A DNA stretch of 64,000 nucleotides from Candidatus Binatia bacterium (GTDB lineage Bacteria > Desulfobacterota > Binatia > HRBIN30), in assembly GCA_038245295.1 (NCBI GenBank), contig JBBRSP010000007.1:128001-192000 (forward strand), read 5' to 3'. Below the pieces are notes generated by a model. That model ran no database searches. It saw only the letters and a list, made by a program, of their open reading frames with translations, and had not been told where the DNA came from. Below, piece by piece: positions 38,316 through 48,390 of this stretch; the first letter of the stretch is position 1; every line of letters begins with the position of its first letter. Made by a program: the position numbers and the translations under genes.

Positions 38316-39514
38316 TCGGCTGCGGTTCCAGCCGCCGCCACCGCCGCGGCAAACACATCGCGAATCGGCACCTGGTGCTCGCGCGCCAGGCGATGACAAT
38401 CGTCGTATTCTGGGGCGACATTGACGCCGCCGTCGGGCCGCTGCGCAAATTTGACGCGTACCGTCCCGAACGGCGTTGCCACCTCGCGCACCTGCCGCGG
38501 CAGGATCATGCGCTCGGCCCGCGAGAACCGAACCCCGATGGCCGATGTCTCATTGAGAAGAATCGCCGCCAGCTTGTCGCGGTCCGCCGGCACGGCCATT
38601 ACCGTGAGCACGACGCCCGGGCGATTTTTCTTCATCTGCACAGACGTCAGGAACACATCGCGGGCTCCCGCCTCGAACAGGCGACTACTGATATGGTCGT
38701 AGAACTCGGGATTCAGGTCATCGATGTTGGTTTCGATCATGACGATCTCATCCTGACCGACGGCAGCCGTATCACCCACCACAACACGCAAAAGGTTGGG
38801 GCGATCGTGCTGCGCACGCGTGCCGGCACCGTAGCCAATTCGGCTGGCCAGGAAGGACGGAGGCGGCTCGGCGCTGGCGAGCGCGGCAATGATCGCCGCA
38901 CCGGTCGGCGTAACCAGTTCTCCTTCACCATCGCCAGCTCGCGTGACGAAGCCCTTGAGCAATTCGGCCGTCGCCGGGGCCGGAACCGGAATCATGCCAT
39001 GCTGCGACTTGATCACGCCGGAGCCAAGCGGCAAGGCGGAGACATAGATTCGCTCCAGGCCCAACGTTTCGATCGCGATGGCGGTCGCGACGATATCGAC
39101 AATTGAATCGATGGCGCCCACTTCATGGAAGGTTACCTCGTCGATCGGCACGCCGTGGATGTGCCCCTCGGCGCGCGCCAGTACGTCGAAGATGCGCCGC
39201 GCCGTTGCCTTGATCCCGTCGCTCAAGCTGCTGGCTGCGATGATGGCGCGAATGTCGCGATAGGCGCGGTGTGTGTGCGCGCTCTCGTCATGATGATGAT
39301 CGTGTCCGTGGTGTTGGTGTGCCAGGTGAACATTGAACTTGGTAGCACCGATTCCGTTGACCTGACGCGGCTCGGCGGTCACGTGATACCCGTCGATGCC
39401 GAGCAGACGTAGCGAAGTCTGAAGATGCTCGAAGGACACACCCGCGTCCAACAGCGCGCCAACCGTCATATCGCCGCTGATTCCGGCAAACGCATCGAAG
39501 TAGAGAATTCGCAT
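38291..39514 (-). CDS. larC: Nickel pincer cofactor biosynthesis protein LarC
   Basis: YFDAFAGISGDM, His-rich linker, FHEVGAIDSIVD, ELVTPTG, ETNIDD, MKKNRPG, PEYDDC. Confidence 0.93.
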   Translation of the reverse strand: MRILYFDAFAGISGDMTVGALLDAGVSFEHLQTSLRLLGIDGYHVTAEPRQVNGIGATKFNVHLAHQHHGHDHHHDESAHTHRAYRDIRAIIAASSLSDGIKATARRIFDVLARAEGHIHGVPIDEVTFHEVGAIDSIVDIVATAIAIETLGLERIYVSALPLGSGVIKSQHGMIPVPAPATAELLKGFVTRAGDGEGELVTPTGAAIIAALASAEPPPSFLASRIGYGAGTRAQHDRPNLLRVVVGDTAAVGQDEIVMIETNIDDLNPEFYDHISSRLFEAGARDVFLTSVQMKKNRPGVVLTVMAVPADRDKLAAILLNETSAIGVRFSRAERMILPRQVREVATPFGTVRVKFAQRPDGGVNVAPEYDDCHRLAREHQVPIRDVFAAAVAAAGTAADQPGRLPS

Positions 39515-39549
39515 CGTGTCTGAATCACTCCATAGACGAGAACGCCGCT

Positions 39550-40062
39550 TCACACAGCCGAAAACGGCAGCGCATAGATCACCGTGCCGCGCACACCATC
39601 GAGCGCTTCCGGAAAAAGCTCGCATACCTTGAATGAATCGGCATTCACCGGGAACGGTGCAGCAATGCCGCGCGGATTGGCCGGCAAGAATCCGAAGCGG
39701 GGGTAGTAGGTCGCGTGGCCCAGCACAACAACGATGGAATGGCCGAGGCGTCTCGCCTCGCTTAGTCCGAAACGCGAAAGCGCCGATCCAAGGCCGAGAT
39801 TCTGATGGCTCAGGTGCACGGCGAGCGGCGCCAGCGCCAAGCCAGGAGTCGTCTCCGCGCCATCGGCGATCACGATGCGGGTAAACAAGATGTGGGCGAC
39901 GATTCGGGAATTGTCTTCGGCAACCAGGGAGAGTTGCGGGATGCAGGAGGCATCGCGGCGCAACGCATCGACAAGCTTCGCCTCGCCTTCGCGGCCGAAC
40001 GCGCTGGCGACCACGGCATGAACCGCTTCACGGTCCCGCTCTTCTTCCCTTCGCAGATGCAT
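39550..40062 (-). CDS. GNAT N-acetyltransferase (YhbS-like)
   Basis: LAPLAV...QNLGLGSAL, VLGHATYYPRFGF. Confidence 0.88.
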   Translation of the reverse strand: MHLRREEERDREAVHAVVASAFGREGEAKLVDALRRDASCIPQLSLVAEDNSRIVAHILFTRIVIADGAETTPGLALAPLAVHLSHQNLGLGSALSRFGLSEARRLGHSIVVVLGHATYYPRFGFLPANPRGIAAPFPVNADSFKVCELFPEALDGVRGTVIYALPFSAV

Positions 40063-40138
40063 GCGGCGTTTCTTGCTACCGCCGTGACGCGCCACGCAAC
40101 GCGACAAGGCCGCGGCGCGTGTGCTACGAGGGCGGCCC

Positions 40139-41107
40139 ATGGAAATCTCCTGCAGTTTCCCGCCACGACCGGATGTCGTTGATTTGGCGCGCCTCGCCGA
40201 GGATCTCGGGTACAAGCGTGTTTGGATCTACGACTCGCCGGCTTTCTACGGCGACGTCTGGATCACCTTGGCGCGGATTGCCGAGCACACGCGTCGCGTC
40301 GAAATCGGCCCCGCGGTTCTGGTCCCGAGTTTGCGCCACGTCGCCACCCAGGCAGCCGCCATCGCCTCTCTGGTCGAGTTGGCACCCAAGAGAGTCGTGG
40401 TTGCGCTCGGTTCGGGGTTCACCGGGCGTATGGCGCTCGGCAAGAAGGCTCTGCGCTGGTCGTTTGTCGAGACCTACATTCGCCAGCTGAAAGCGCTTTT
40501 GCGCGGTGAGACCGTCGAAGTCGATGGCGCCGCGGTGAAGCTCCTCCACCCGCCGGGATTCAGCGCACCCTTTCCGATCGATGTGCCGATCATCGCGGCT
40601 GCCAACGGACCCAAGGGCCTGGCCGTCGCGCAGGAGCTCGGCGACGGTGTGATGTGTGTCGGCAATCCGCAACCGGGGTTCAAGCGCTGCAGCTTACTGG
40701 CCTTCGGGACCGTTCTCGATCCCGACGAAGCAGCAGACTCCGAACGTGCCTTTGCCGCCGCCGGCCCTGCTCTGAGTGCTGCCTATCACGGCATCTACGA
40801 GGCAGGAGGCGAAAGCGTCGACAATTTCCCCGGCGGCGCCGAATGGCGCGCGCGCCTCGAAGCCTTGCCCTCGAGAACGCGCCATCTGGCCTTGCACGAA
40901 GGGCACCTGGTGTATGTCAACGAGCGCGATCGCCCGCTTTTGAACGGCGACATGCTGCGTGCACTCACGTGGACCGGGACCCGCGAAGAAGTGCGGCAGC
41001 GCGTCGAGTTGGCCGCCGGGCAAGGAGCAACAGAAATCTTGTACGCGCCCATGGGCCCGGATGTAGCGCGCGAGTTGCGCGAGTTCGCGACGGCGGCCGG
41101 CTTGTAG
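40139..41107 (+). CDS. LLM class flavin/F420-dependent oxidoreductase
   Basis: AEDLGY..WIYDSP, IGPAVLVP..RH, AANGPKG. Confidence 0.88.
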   Translation: MEISCSFPPRPDVVDLARLAEDLGYKRVWIYDSPAFYGDVWITLARIAEHTRRVEIGPAVLVPSLRHVATQAAAIASLVELAPKRVVVALGSGFTGRMALGKKALRWSFVETYIRQLKALLRGETVEVDGAAVKLLHPPGFSAPFPIDVPIIAAANGPKGLAVAQELGDGVMCVGNPQPGFKRCSLLAFGTVLDPDEAADSERAFAAAGPALSAAYHGIYEAGGESVDNFPGGAEWRARLEALPSRTRHLALHEGHLVYVNERDRPLLNGDMLRALTWTGTREEVRQRVELAAGQGATEILYAPMGPDVARELREFATAAGL

Positions 41108-41192
41108 TTCCGGGGGCTCTGGCCCCGGCTGGCCCAGCGAGCTGCCGCGTGACAAGAGAATACAATTCAATCGTTGTTCGGAGGTGTTTCCA

Positions 41193-42221
41193 ATGCGCGC
41201 AGCGATCATGCGAAACCGACAGATGGTGGTCGACACGATCCCCGATCCGGTCCCTCAATCCGGCGAGGTTCTGGTCAAGACGTTGGCCTGTGGGATTTGT
41301 GGCTCCGACCTGCACGCCCTCAAACACGCCGACAAGATGATCGACGCCATGATCGACTCGGGTTTCCCGAGCTCGATGGATCTGTCGCGCGACCTGGTCA
41401 TGGGTCACGAGTTCTGCGCCGAGGTGGTCGACTACGGGCCCGACACGGCGCCGACGATCAACCCGGGCGAGCGCGTCGTGTCGATGCCCCTCAGTTTCCG
41501 CAACGGCACGCCGGCCGCCGTTGGCTACAGCAACGATGTACCCGGAGGCTACGGCGAAGCGATGGTGTTGTCGGCCTACACCATCTTGACAGTGCCAAAT
41601 GGCCTATCGACCGAGCACGCAGCACTCACCGAGCCGATGGCGGTCGGTGTACACGCCGTAAACAAGGGCAACCTGCAGGCGGGTGATGCGCCGTTGGTCG
41701 TCGGCTGCGGGCCGGTTGGCCTGGCGGTGATCGCCGCCCTGAAGATGCGTGGTGCCAGCCCGATCATCGCTGCCGACTACTCTCCGAAGCGCCGGGCCCT
41801 CGCCGAGCGCATGGGTGCTGATGTCGTCATCGATCCGGCTGTGCGGCCGACCTATGAGGCCTACAAGGAGGCGTCTAACCTGGCGCCGTCCTTGATCTTC
41901 GAGTGTGTCGGCGTTGCCGGCATCCTGCAGCAGATTTTGCGCGGTGCCCCGCTGGGAGCGCGCGTTGTTGTCGTCGGTGTCTGCATGGACGACGATACGA
42001 TCCGCCCGATCTACGCCATCAACAAGGAGATCAACCTGCAGTTTGTCCTGGGGTACACACCCGAGGAGTTCGCCAATACCCTGCGCGCCTTGTCCGAAGG
42101 GCAAATCGACGCCACGCCACTGATCACCGGGCAGATTGGCATTGATGGTGTGCCGGAGGCGTTCGAGATGCTCGCCAATCCGGAGAAACACGCCAAGATT
42201 TTGGTTCAGCCCGGACGCTGA
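41193..42221 (+). CDS. Zinc-binding alcohol/polyol dehydrogenase
   Basis: CGICGSDLH, GHEF, LTEP, GCGPVG; GGAGG RBS. Confidence 0.9.
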   Translation: MRAAIMRNRQMVVDTIPDPVPQSGEVLVKTLACGICGSDLHALKHADKMIDAMIDSGFPSSMDLSRDLVMGHEFCAEVVDYGPDTAPTINPGERVVSMPLSFRNGTPAAVGYSNDVPGGYGEAMVLSAYTILTVPNGLSTEHAALTEPMAVGVHAVNKGNLQAGDAPLVVGCGPVGLAVIAALKMRGASPIIAADYSPKRRALAERMGADVVIDPAVRPTYEAYKEASNLAPSLIFECVGVAGILQQILRGAPLGARVVVVGVCMDDDTIRPIYAINKEINLQFVLGYTPEEFANTLRALSEGQIDATPLITGQIGIDGVPEAFEMLANPEKHAKILVQPGR

Positions 42222-42287
42222 TTCATTCGACGGCGCTTCCCGCAAGAGCATGACTTCGTCCAGTGCAACGGCTACAGGAGCGCGCCT

Positions 42288-42860
42288 ATGGTGACCGCAG
42301 GAGATTTGAAGCGTGGTGGTCGGATCGTCATCGATGGCGATCCGTTTGTGGTTCTTGATTTGCACATGCAGTCGCCGTCGGCGCGCGGTGCGAGTACGCT
42401 TGCCAAGGTGAAACTACGGAATCTGCGCAACGGCAATTTTGCCGAGCGTACCTTCAAAGCAGCCGACAAGCTCGAAGAGGCCCAGGTTGAGCTGCGGCCG
42501 GTGCAGTTCCTGTATTCGGATGCCGATGGCTTCCACTTCATGGATACAAATTCTTACGAACAGTTCATGCTGACGACGGACGCGCTCGGCGACGACGCCG
42601 GCTACCTCCTCGAAGGGCTCGCCGGAATTCGCTCCGTCGTTTTCAACGGCAACGTCATGAACATCGACCTGCCGCAATCGGTCGTGCTGCGCGTGACCAT
42701 GACCGATCCGGCCATCAAGGGCGCCACGGCGCAGGCACAGACCAAAGCCGCCACGCTCGAGACCGGCCTCATCATCCAGGTGCCGTCGTACATGGAAACG
42801 GGCGACGCCGTGCAGGTGGACACGCGCGAAAAGCGCTTCATCGCTCGCGCCAAGGTCTAA
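42288..42860 (+). CDS. efpL: Elongation factor P-like protein (EfpL/YeiP type)
   Basis: EF-P motifs (QFLYSD, KAATLETG, VDTR) with loop QSPSARG (Arg33) instead of PGKG. Confidence 0.82.
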   Translation: MVTAGDLKRGGRIVIDGDPFVVLDLHMQSPSARGASTLAKVKLRNLRNGNFAERTFKAADKLEEAQVELRPVQFLYSDADGFHFMDTNSYEQFMLTTDALGDDAGYLLEGLAGIRSVVFNGNVMNIDLPQSVVLRVTMTDPAIKGATAQAQTKAATLETGLIIQVPSYMETGDAVQVDTREKRFIARAKV

Positions 42861-42875
42861 GGAACAGGTTGCGCG

Positions 42876-44342
42876 GTGTCTGCTCAACGCTTTCAACCGA
42901 CACTTCGCAGCCTCAAGCGTCATCGTCTGCCGACCTGGTACGACGATGCGAAGTTCGGCATTTTTATCCACTGGAGCGTGTCGTCGGTTGCCGGCTTCGC
43001 GCCGCGCGACAAAGACATCAACGAACAGCTACGCCACAACTACGATAACGCGAACGTCTACATGCCCTACACCGAGTGGTATGAGAACTCGCTGCGCTTC
43101 CCCGAAAGCCCGGTCTCCGAATTCCACCGACGCACCTACGGAGCGCGATCGTACGCGTCACTCGCCGAAGAATTCACCAAGGCCATCGACGAACAGTGGG
43201 ATCCGGTCGCCTGGGCGAAGCACTTCCGCGCCGCCGGCGCGCAGTACGTCGTCTTCGTCACCAAACATCACGACGGCTTTTGCCTATGGCCAAGCCGGGT
43301 CGCCAATCCCCGCAAATCCGGGTGGCACACGCGTCGCGATTGCGTGCGCGAGCTCGCCGACGCCGTGCGCGCCGAAGGCATGCGGTTCGGCGTCTACTAC
43401 TCCGGTGGTCTCGATTGGACCTTCGAACCCAGACCGATGCGCACCATGGCCGATGTGCTGGCCGCCGTGCCGCGCGGTGACTACCCGGCCTACGCCGAAG
43501 CGCAGGTCCGCGAACTAATGGCGCATGTTCAGCCCGACGTCCTGTGGAACGACATCGCCTGGCCGGCAACAGCAAAGGAGCTCTACCGCCTGTTCGCCGA
43601 CTACTATGCCGCAATACCCGACGGCGTGATCAACGATCGCTGGGTGGCATGGTCACAAGTCATGGGCGCTTTTCGCTACCCGATCGTCCGTCGCATGTTC
43701 GATGCCTACATGCGGCGCAACTTCCGCAGGCCGGATGCCGGCCTGACGCCACCGGGCATTGGCTACTTCGACTACCAGACACCCGAGTACACCGTGTTCC
43801 CCGACGTGCGTCAGCGGAAATGGGAATGTGTGCGCGGCATGGATAAGAGCTTCGGCTTCAACCGCAACTCTCTCCCGGAAGACTTCATCTCACGCCAGGA
43901 ATTGATTCACTCGCTCATCGACATCACGGCGAAGAACGGCAATCTCCTGCTGAATGTCGGACCGCGCGGCGAAGACGCAGCTATCCCGGACGAGCAAATC
44001 ACCCGTCTGCGTTGGCTCGGCGAGTGGCTCGGCATCAACGGCGAGGCGATCTACTCGACGCGTCCGTGGACGCTCGCCGGCAGTCGCAGCGCCGATGGCA
44101 CCGAGATCCGCTTCACCGCACGCGGACATACTGTCTACGCCATCTTCTTGGGCACGCCACCGGGCGGGCGAGTTGTGGTGTCGTCCTTGCGGGTAACGCC
44201 GACAACTTCGGCACGTCTGCTCGGCGGCGGTGCGTTGACGGTGGAGGGCGGTGAACGCGGGCTGACCATCACTCTACCGGCCCTGCCGAACAGTCCGGCT
44301 CATGTCGTCGCTTTCACCGACGTTGCTTGCGCATCCGTCTAG
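42876..44342 (+). CDS. Alpha-L-fucosidase (GH29)
   Basis: WYDDAKFGIFIHW, YTEWY, TKHHDGF, LWNDI, GNLLLNVGP, NGEAIY. Confidence 0.92.
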   Translation: MSAQRFQPTLRSLKRHRLPTWYDDAKFGIFIHWSVSSVAGFAPRDKDINEQLRHNYDNANVYMPYTEWYENSLRFPESPVSEFHRRTYGARSYASLAEEFTKAIDEQWDPVAWAKHFRAAGAQYVVFVTKHHDGFCLWPSRVANPRKSGWHTRRDCVRELADAVRAEGMRFGVYYSGGLDWTFEPRPMRTMADVLAAVPRGDYPAYAEAQVRELMAHVQPDVLWNDIAWPATAKELYRLFADYYAAIPDGVINDRWVAWSQVMGAFRYPIVRRMFDAYMRRNFRRPDAGLTPPGIGYFDYQTPEYTVFPDVRQRKWECVRGMDKSFGFNRNSLPEDFISRQELIHSLIDITAKNGNLLLNVGPRGEDAAIPDEQITRLRWLGEWLGINGEAIYSTRPWTLAGSRSADGTEIRFTARGHTVYAIFLGTPPGGRVVVSSLRVTPTTSARLLGGGALTVEGGERGLTITLPALPNSPAHVVAFTDVACASV

Positions 44343-44359
44343 GCGGCGGAACAAGTATC

Positions 44360-46669
44360 GTGACACCTCCCGACGCTTTCTCACGGTATCTTGAGCTTCT
44401 CGAACGCAAAGCGCCCCGTCCCCTGTCGATCGATGACATGGTGCGGGCCTTGGCGATCGACGACTACGACCGTCGCACGTTGAAGAAAGCTCTCGAAGAG
44501 CAGGTTTCTCAAAAGCGCCTGCGGCGCATCGGCAAGACACGCTACCAATGGCTGCGCGATGTCGATCGGCCGACGCCAAAGACGACGGGAAGCTCGTCGC
44601 TGCACCAGCCACGACGCACAAAGCAGCGTGGTAGCAGCCAGCGCATCGAAGGGCGTTTCATCCGCACTCGTTCGGGTTTCTCGTTCGTCGAGCCACTGAC
44701 ACGACGCGGAGAACAGTTCAGCCGCGACATTCTCATCCCCCTGGGCCTGGAGAAGGGCGCGTTGCATGGAGACCGCGTCGAGGTGGAGATCACGCGGCGT
44801 GACCCGCGGACACGCCGCTGGGTCGGACAAGTCGTCGCCGTCACCGTCGCGGTGCACAGCGAGATTGTCGGAACCTTGGCGAGCGATCGACGCGGCTGGG
44901 TGCTGTTGCCGGAGAATTCCCTCCTGCCACCCATTCGCCTACTTGGCAGTACTCGCCCCGAACCAGCCCAGGAGGGCTTAGTAGCTCGCGTTCGCCTCAC
45001 ACGCGCCGGATCTGAGCACCAGGAGCCGGGCGGCGAGCTTGATGCGGTACTGGGCGCGGTCGACGATCCGGAAGTTCAGTTCATCATCATCACGACGGAG
45101 TACGGGCTGCGGGTGGACTTCCCTGATGAGGTCGTCGCCGAGGCGAAGCGATTCCCGGCCGACCCAGCCGAGCCGACAGACTACGAACGGCGCGACGACC
45201 TGCGCCATCTCCACTTCGTAACCATCGACGGTGAGACGGCGCGCGACTTTGACGATGCCGTCTGCCTAGAATCTCTCCCCACTGGGGGCAGCCGACTATG
45301 GGTCGCGATCGCCGATGTCGCCCACTACATCAGCCCGGGATCGGCACTCGACCTCGAAGCTCTTCGCCGCGGCAACAGTGTCTACTTTCCCGATCGTGCC
45401 ATCCCGATGCTTCCTCACGAGCTGTCGGCCGGCTTGTGCTCACTGATGCCGCAGCGCGACCGGCTCGTGCAGTATGCCGAGATGGAGTACGACCCAAGTG
45501 GTCGACGCAGGTCGGCGCGGTTTGGACGCGGCGTAATTCGCAGCCGCGCTCGCCTGACGTACACCGAAGTGGCGGCGCATCTGGCCGCGGCGACCAGCGA
45601 ATCATCCGCCGAGGAGATGTGGCGCGCGCAGCTCAATCCGATGGCGGCATTGATGCGACAACTCCTCACGCATCGCGTCGGCGACGGCGCCCTCGATCTG
45701 GATTTGCCCGAGGCAGTCGTCGAGCTGTCACCTGAAGGCCGTTGCATTGGTATCGGCGTCGTCGACCGCAACGACGCACACCGGCTCATCGAGGAGTTCA
45801 TGCTCGAAGCCAATCGCGCTGTCGCGACGCGGCTGCGCGACAAGGGTTATGCATTGCCTTACCGCGTACATGAGCCACCCGACCCTGACGACATCGATAC
45901 GCTGAACGGGTTTCTCCACGCCTTTGGTTTTGCGGTTGAACACGAGCAGGTCGTGCGCCCGGCCGACGTGCAACGGTTACTGCGCCAACTGGCGCGCCAT
46001 CCCTTGTCGCGCGTCTTGTCGCGCCACATCCTAAGAGCCCTGGCGAAAGCAAAGTACAGTACCAGCAATGCCGGCCACTTCGGCCTCGCCTTTCCGATCT
46101 ATTGTCACTTCACGTCACCGATCCGCCGCTATCCGGATCTACTGGTGCATCGTCAGCTCACCCGTCTACTCCATGGTGAAGCAGCCGAGGAAGAAGAAAC
46201 GGCGGTCATCGAAGCGGCATGTGTGCAGAGCTCACAGTGTGAGCGCCAGGCCATGGAAGCCGAGCGCGCCATGACCGATCTGAAGAAGTGCGAGTTCATG
46301 CAGGGGCATCTGCAGGAGCCACACGAGGGAACAATCGTCTCCGTCACCAAGTTCGGTTTCTTCGTTGAGCTCGACGCCTATCCTGTCGAGGGATTGGTTC
46401 GCGTCGCCGATCTGCCCGACGCCTATACCTTCATCGAAGCCGAGCAGATGCTGAAGGGAAGCCGCAAACGCAATCGCTTTCGCGTTGGCGGTCGGGTCCG
46501 CGTCAAGCCAATTGAGGTCTCGCTGCGAACGCGGCAGATCACCCTAGGCTTGATCGAGGACGAGAACGCGGCCGAGGTGCCGATCCGTCCGGAACATCGA
46601 CGCGGCAAGCCGCCAAAACGAGTCGGCAAGCTGCGACGCGGCAAGAACAAGAAGGAGAAGCAGCGATGA
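44360..46669 (+). CDS. rnr: Ribonuclease R
   Basis: TIDGETARDFDDA, VAIADV, LIEEFM, HFTSPIRRYPDL, S1 domain, basic tail; GTG start approximate. Confidence 0.93.
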   Translation: MTPPDAFSRYLELLERKAPRPLSIDDMVRALAIDDYDRRTLKKALEEQVSQKRLRRIGKTRYQWLRDVDRPTPKTTGSSSLHQPRRTKQRGSSQRIEGRFIRTRSGFSFVEPLTRRGEQFSRDILIPLGLEKGALHGDRVEVEITRRDPRTRRWVGQVVAVTVAVHSEIVGTLASDRRGWVLLPENSLLPPIRLLGSTRPEPAQEGLVARVRLTRAGSEHQEPGGELDAVLGAVDDPEVQFIIITTEYGLRVDFPDEVVAEAKRFPADPAEPTDYERRDDLRHLHFVTIDGETARDFDDAVCLESLPTGGSRLWVAIADVAHYISPGSALDLEALRRGNSVYFPDRAIPMLPHELSAGLCSLMPQRDRLVQYAEMEYDPSGRRRSARFGRGVIRSRARLTYTEVAAHLAAATSESSAEEMWRAQLNPMAALMRQLLTHRVGDGALDLDLPEAVVELSPEGRCIGIGVVDRNDAHRLIEEFMLEANRAVATRLRDKGYALPYRVHEPPDPDDIDTLNGFLHAFGFAVEHEQVVRPADVQRLLRQLARHPLSRVLSRHILRALAKAKYSTSNAGHFGLAFPIYCHFTSPIRRYPDLLVHRQLTRLLHGEAAEEEETAVIEAACVQSSQCERQAMEAERAMTDLKKCEFMQGHLQEPHEGTIVSVTKFGFFVELDAYPVEGLVRVADLPDAYTFIEAEQMLKGSRKRNRFRVGGRVRVKPIEVSLRTRQITLGLIEDENAAEVPIRPEHRRGKPPKRVGKLRRGKNKKEKQR

Positions 46670-47043
46670 AACACAGCCCTGGGTTCTTGCAGATCGTCAA
46701 TGCGGCCCGCTCTCGCGTGCGCGAATGCACCGTGTCCGATGTCAAAGCCATGCTCGATGCCGGCGAAACGTTCGAGCTGATCGACGTCCGTGAAGAGAGC
46801 GAATGGAACAACGGCCACCTGCCGCGGGCGCGTCATCTGTGCAAAGGCATCATCGAACGCGACATCGAGACCGCCATTGCCGATCACGGCGCCAAGATCG
46901 TGCTCTACTGCGGCGGGGGCTTCCGCTCGGCGCTTGCCGCCGACAATCTGCAGCAGATGGGGTACACGAATGTGATTTCGATGGATGGGGGCTGGCGTGG
47001 ATGGACGGAAGCGGGAATGCCGGTTGAGCGGCAGGGTGGCTAG
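46666..47043 (+). CDS. Rhodanese-like domain protein
   Basis: IDVRE..EW..GHLP, YCGGGFRS, MDGGWRGW; ATGA overlap with rnr. Confidence 0.9.
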   Translation: MKHSPGFLQIVNAARSRVRECTVSDVKAMLDAGETFELIDVREESEWNNGHLPRARHLCKGIIERDIETAIADHGAKIVLYCGGGFRSALAADNLQQMGYTNVISMDGGWRGWTEAGMPVERQGG

Positions 47044-47062
47044 CACTGTCGTGCTGCGCTGC

Positions 47063-47082
47063 CCGCAGGCTTCAGCCTGCGG
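47063..47082. repeat. REP-like palindrome between convergent genes
   Basis: CCGCAGGCT-TC-AGCCTGCGG. Confidence 0.5.
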
Positions 47083-47099
47083 CGTGGCCTGATTGAACG

Positions 47100-47354
47100 T
47101 CAGGCCTCCAGCAGCTTATCCAACTCGCCCGCCTGTTCGAGAGCGTTGAGCTCGTCGAAACCACCAATTGGCTTTTCATTGATGAAGATTTGCGGCACCG
47201 TGCGACGGCCCGAATCGTTCACCATCTTCTCGCGTAGCGCGTCATCATCCGTGACATCAATCTCATCGTAGGCGACGCGCTTGTGTTGCAGCAGCCGCTT
47301 GGCGCGCACGCAGTAAGGACAGACCTGAGTCGTATACATCACAACCTTCGCCAT
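47100..47354 (-). CDS. grxC: Glutaredoxin 3
   Basis: CPYC, TVPQIFI, GGFD. Confidence 0.93.
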   Translation of the reverse strand: MAKVVMYTTQVCPYCVRAKRLLQHKRVAYDEIDVTDDDALREKMVNDSGRRTVPQIFINEKPIGGFDELNALEQAGELDKLLEA

Positions 47355-47542
47355 GGGTTTCAGTGCTCCGTCCGCGGAACATACGGACGGTCCGAGGCTC
47401 AGGCAAGGGAGAAGCTGCAAGTCTAGGGTCTATAGTTGCTAGTTGACGGTGGCGCTCTCGACCCTGAACTGTCGACTCTAAACTCGCCTCCGGCCCACCG
47501 ACCCACTACCTGCCGCTCGCATTGTCTGCCATACGAGCGACC

Positions 47543-48325
47543 ATGACTCCCGGCGAAGCGTTCACACAATTGGTCGACATCATGGCGCGGCTGCGGGCTC
47601 CGGGCGGTTGCCCGTGGGATCGCGAACAGGACCACGCCTCCATCAAGCCCTACCTGATCGAAGAGGCATACGAAGTAGCCGAGGCGATCGAAGACAACGA
47701 CATGCGCGAGTTGTGCGTCGAGCTCGGCGACCTGCTCCTACAGATCGTCTTCCACGCGCAAATGGCACAAGAGGCCGGCAACTTCGCCGTCGTCGATGTC
47801 TGCCGCGCCATCTCCGAGAAGATGATTCGGCGTCATCCACATGTTTTTGGCGACGTTGAGGTCAAGGATTCCGACGAGGTGTTGCGCAACTGGGCCAGGA
47901 TCAAGACAGAGGAGCGCAAAGACAAGGCCGACAACTCGGTCCTGACCGGTGTGCCGCGCGCCCTTCCCGGTCTCCTACGTGCCCACCGCCTTGGCGAGAA
48001 GGCGGCACACGTTGGCTTCGATTGGACGGCGACGCGCGATGTACTGGCCAAGGTTCACGAGGAGATCGCCGAGTTGGAAGAAGCAATCGCCGCGCAGGAC
48101 ACCGCCGCGAGCGAAGCCGAGCTTGGCGATGTCCTATTCGCTCTTTCGTCGCTCGGACGTCATCTCAACACCCACAGCGAAGACGCCCTGCATCGCGCCA
48201 GTGATCGTTTCATCCACCGGTTTCACTTCATCGAAGAGCAGCTCGCAACCAAAGGCGAAGACATCCACAGCACGACACCGCAGCGCATGAACGAGCTGTG
48301 GGAAGAAGCGAAGCGGCGGCCTTAG
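47543..48325 (+). CDS. mazG: Nucleoside triphosphate pyrophosphohydrolase MazG
   Basis: GCPWDREQ, EEAYEV, ELGDLL, RRHPHVF, second ELGDVLF domain. Confidence 0.95.
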   Translation: MTPGEAFTQLVDIMARLRAPGGCPWDREQDHASIKPYLIEEAYEVAEAIEDNDMRELCVELGDLLLQIVFHAQMAQEAGNFAVVDVCRAISEKMIRRHPHVFGDVEVKDSDEVLRNWARIKTEERKDKADNSVLTGVPRALPGLLRAHRLGEKAAHVGFDWTATRDVLAKVHEEIAELEEAIAAQDTAASEAELGDVLFALSSLGRHLNTHSEDALHRASDRFIHRFHFIEEQLATKGEDIHSTTPQRMNELWEEAKRRP

Positions 48326-48390
48326 GATCCGCACCGCCAATCGGGCTTCCGTGGAAATGGGCGGGGGTCCGAAACGCAGCAGGAGGACGT

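Noticed and set aside
47543..48325. MazG as part of a toxin-antitoxin or defence locus
   Set aside because: It is a housekeeping two-domain MazG with no mazEF or defence neighbours.
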